Source: Anaerolineales bacterium
Lineage (GTDB): Bacteria > Chloroflexota > Anaerolineae > Anaerolineales > Villigracilaceae
Direction: 5' to 3'
NCBI GenBank assembly: GCA_035720235.1
Contig: DASTOH010000130.1
Location: forward strand, 18,660 to 82,659
DNA: 64,000 nucleotides
Below are positions 63,703-64,000 of the stretch, piece by piece; positions within the stretch are counted from its first letter, which is position 1, and every line of letters begins with the position of its first letter. Both the position numbers and the translations under genes were made by a program. The notes under the pieces are model-generated. The model worked only from the letters and a program-made list of their open reading frames with translations. It ran no database searches and was not told the DNA's origin.

Positions 63703-64000
63703 ATGGCTGACCTGTTTGCAAAATGGAGAAGCGGGCTTGCAAAGTCCAGCAAGGCTACATTTGGGCGAATTGCGACCCTCTTTGGCGCAACTGAGATCAC
63801 GGATGAGACATGGGACGAACTCGAAGCTCTGCTCGTGCAGGCCGATCTGGGCATCGAGACCACAACCGATATTTTGGATTCCATGCGACGCATCGTCCAG
63901 GATCAGGGCCTGACGCGCGCCGACGAGCTTTCAGGGGCCCTCCGGACCGAACTCCTCCTACGACTCGATCGGGCGTCGCCGATTCGGTGGGCGAACAAAC
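63703..64000 (+). CDS. ftsY: signal recognition particle receptor FtsY, N-terminal part (runs off the window)
   Basis: read from the DNA: MADLFAKWRSGLAKSS...WDELEALLVQADLGIETT; open to the window end. Confidence 0.85.
   Translation, partial: MADLFAKWRSGLAKSSKATFGRIATLFGATEITDETWDELEALLVQADLGIETTTDILDSMRRIVQDQGLTRADELSGALRTELLLRLDRASPIRWANK

Noticed and set aside
1-64000. Autonomous transposase, RAYT, prophage or known defence system
   Set aside because: No HUH, DDE, integrase, phage structural or recognisable defence domains among the ORFs

Overview
Gene-dense bacterial chromosomal window. The protein style (T/P-rich lipoproteins, V4R/roadblock genes, STAND-BTAD regulator, paired blue-copper lipoproteins) suggests Chloroflexota, probably Anaerolineae (inference). 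Main blocks: (1) a MalT-like STAND/BTAD regulator and a CNNM/hemolysin-family gene; (2) a coupled operon of a ~1,940-aa polytopic membrane protein, a PrsW-type intramembrane protease and an LmeA-like protein; (3) a ~19-kb minus-strand sugar locus under a DeoR regulator with a 4x10-bp operator, encoding GH114, two GH4s, a DUF4832-like lipoprotein, an ABC importer, an AgaS-like SIS protein, PfkB, a LacD-like aldolase and GatZ, which reads as a utilisation pathway for alpha-1,4-galactosamine polymers; (4) tRNA-Leu(TAA) and a roadblock-V4R-degenerate GGDEF response regulator-ppm1 operon; (5) rsmA, LCP and G5 genes plus a resistance-like gene run (ABC-F behind a uORF/terminator attenuator, double-domain nucleotidyltransferase, three GNATs, DinB); (6) stress, metal and housekeeping genes (HU, cupredoxins, trmH, moeA, relA, ybaK, trxA, partial ftsY). 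Across the window are many tiny palindromic and short-period repeats. Several sit in frame inside enzymes, and several are nested, with a recurrent inner unit ending ...GGATGCTTCGCGA. No transposase, integrase, prophage or CRISPR array was seen. All family calls are from motif recognition only; no searches were run.
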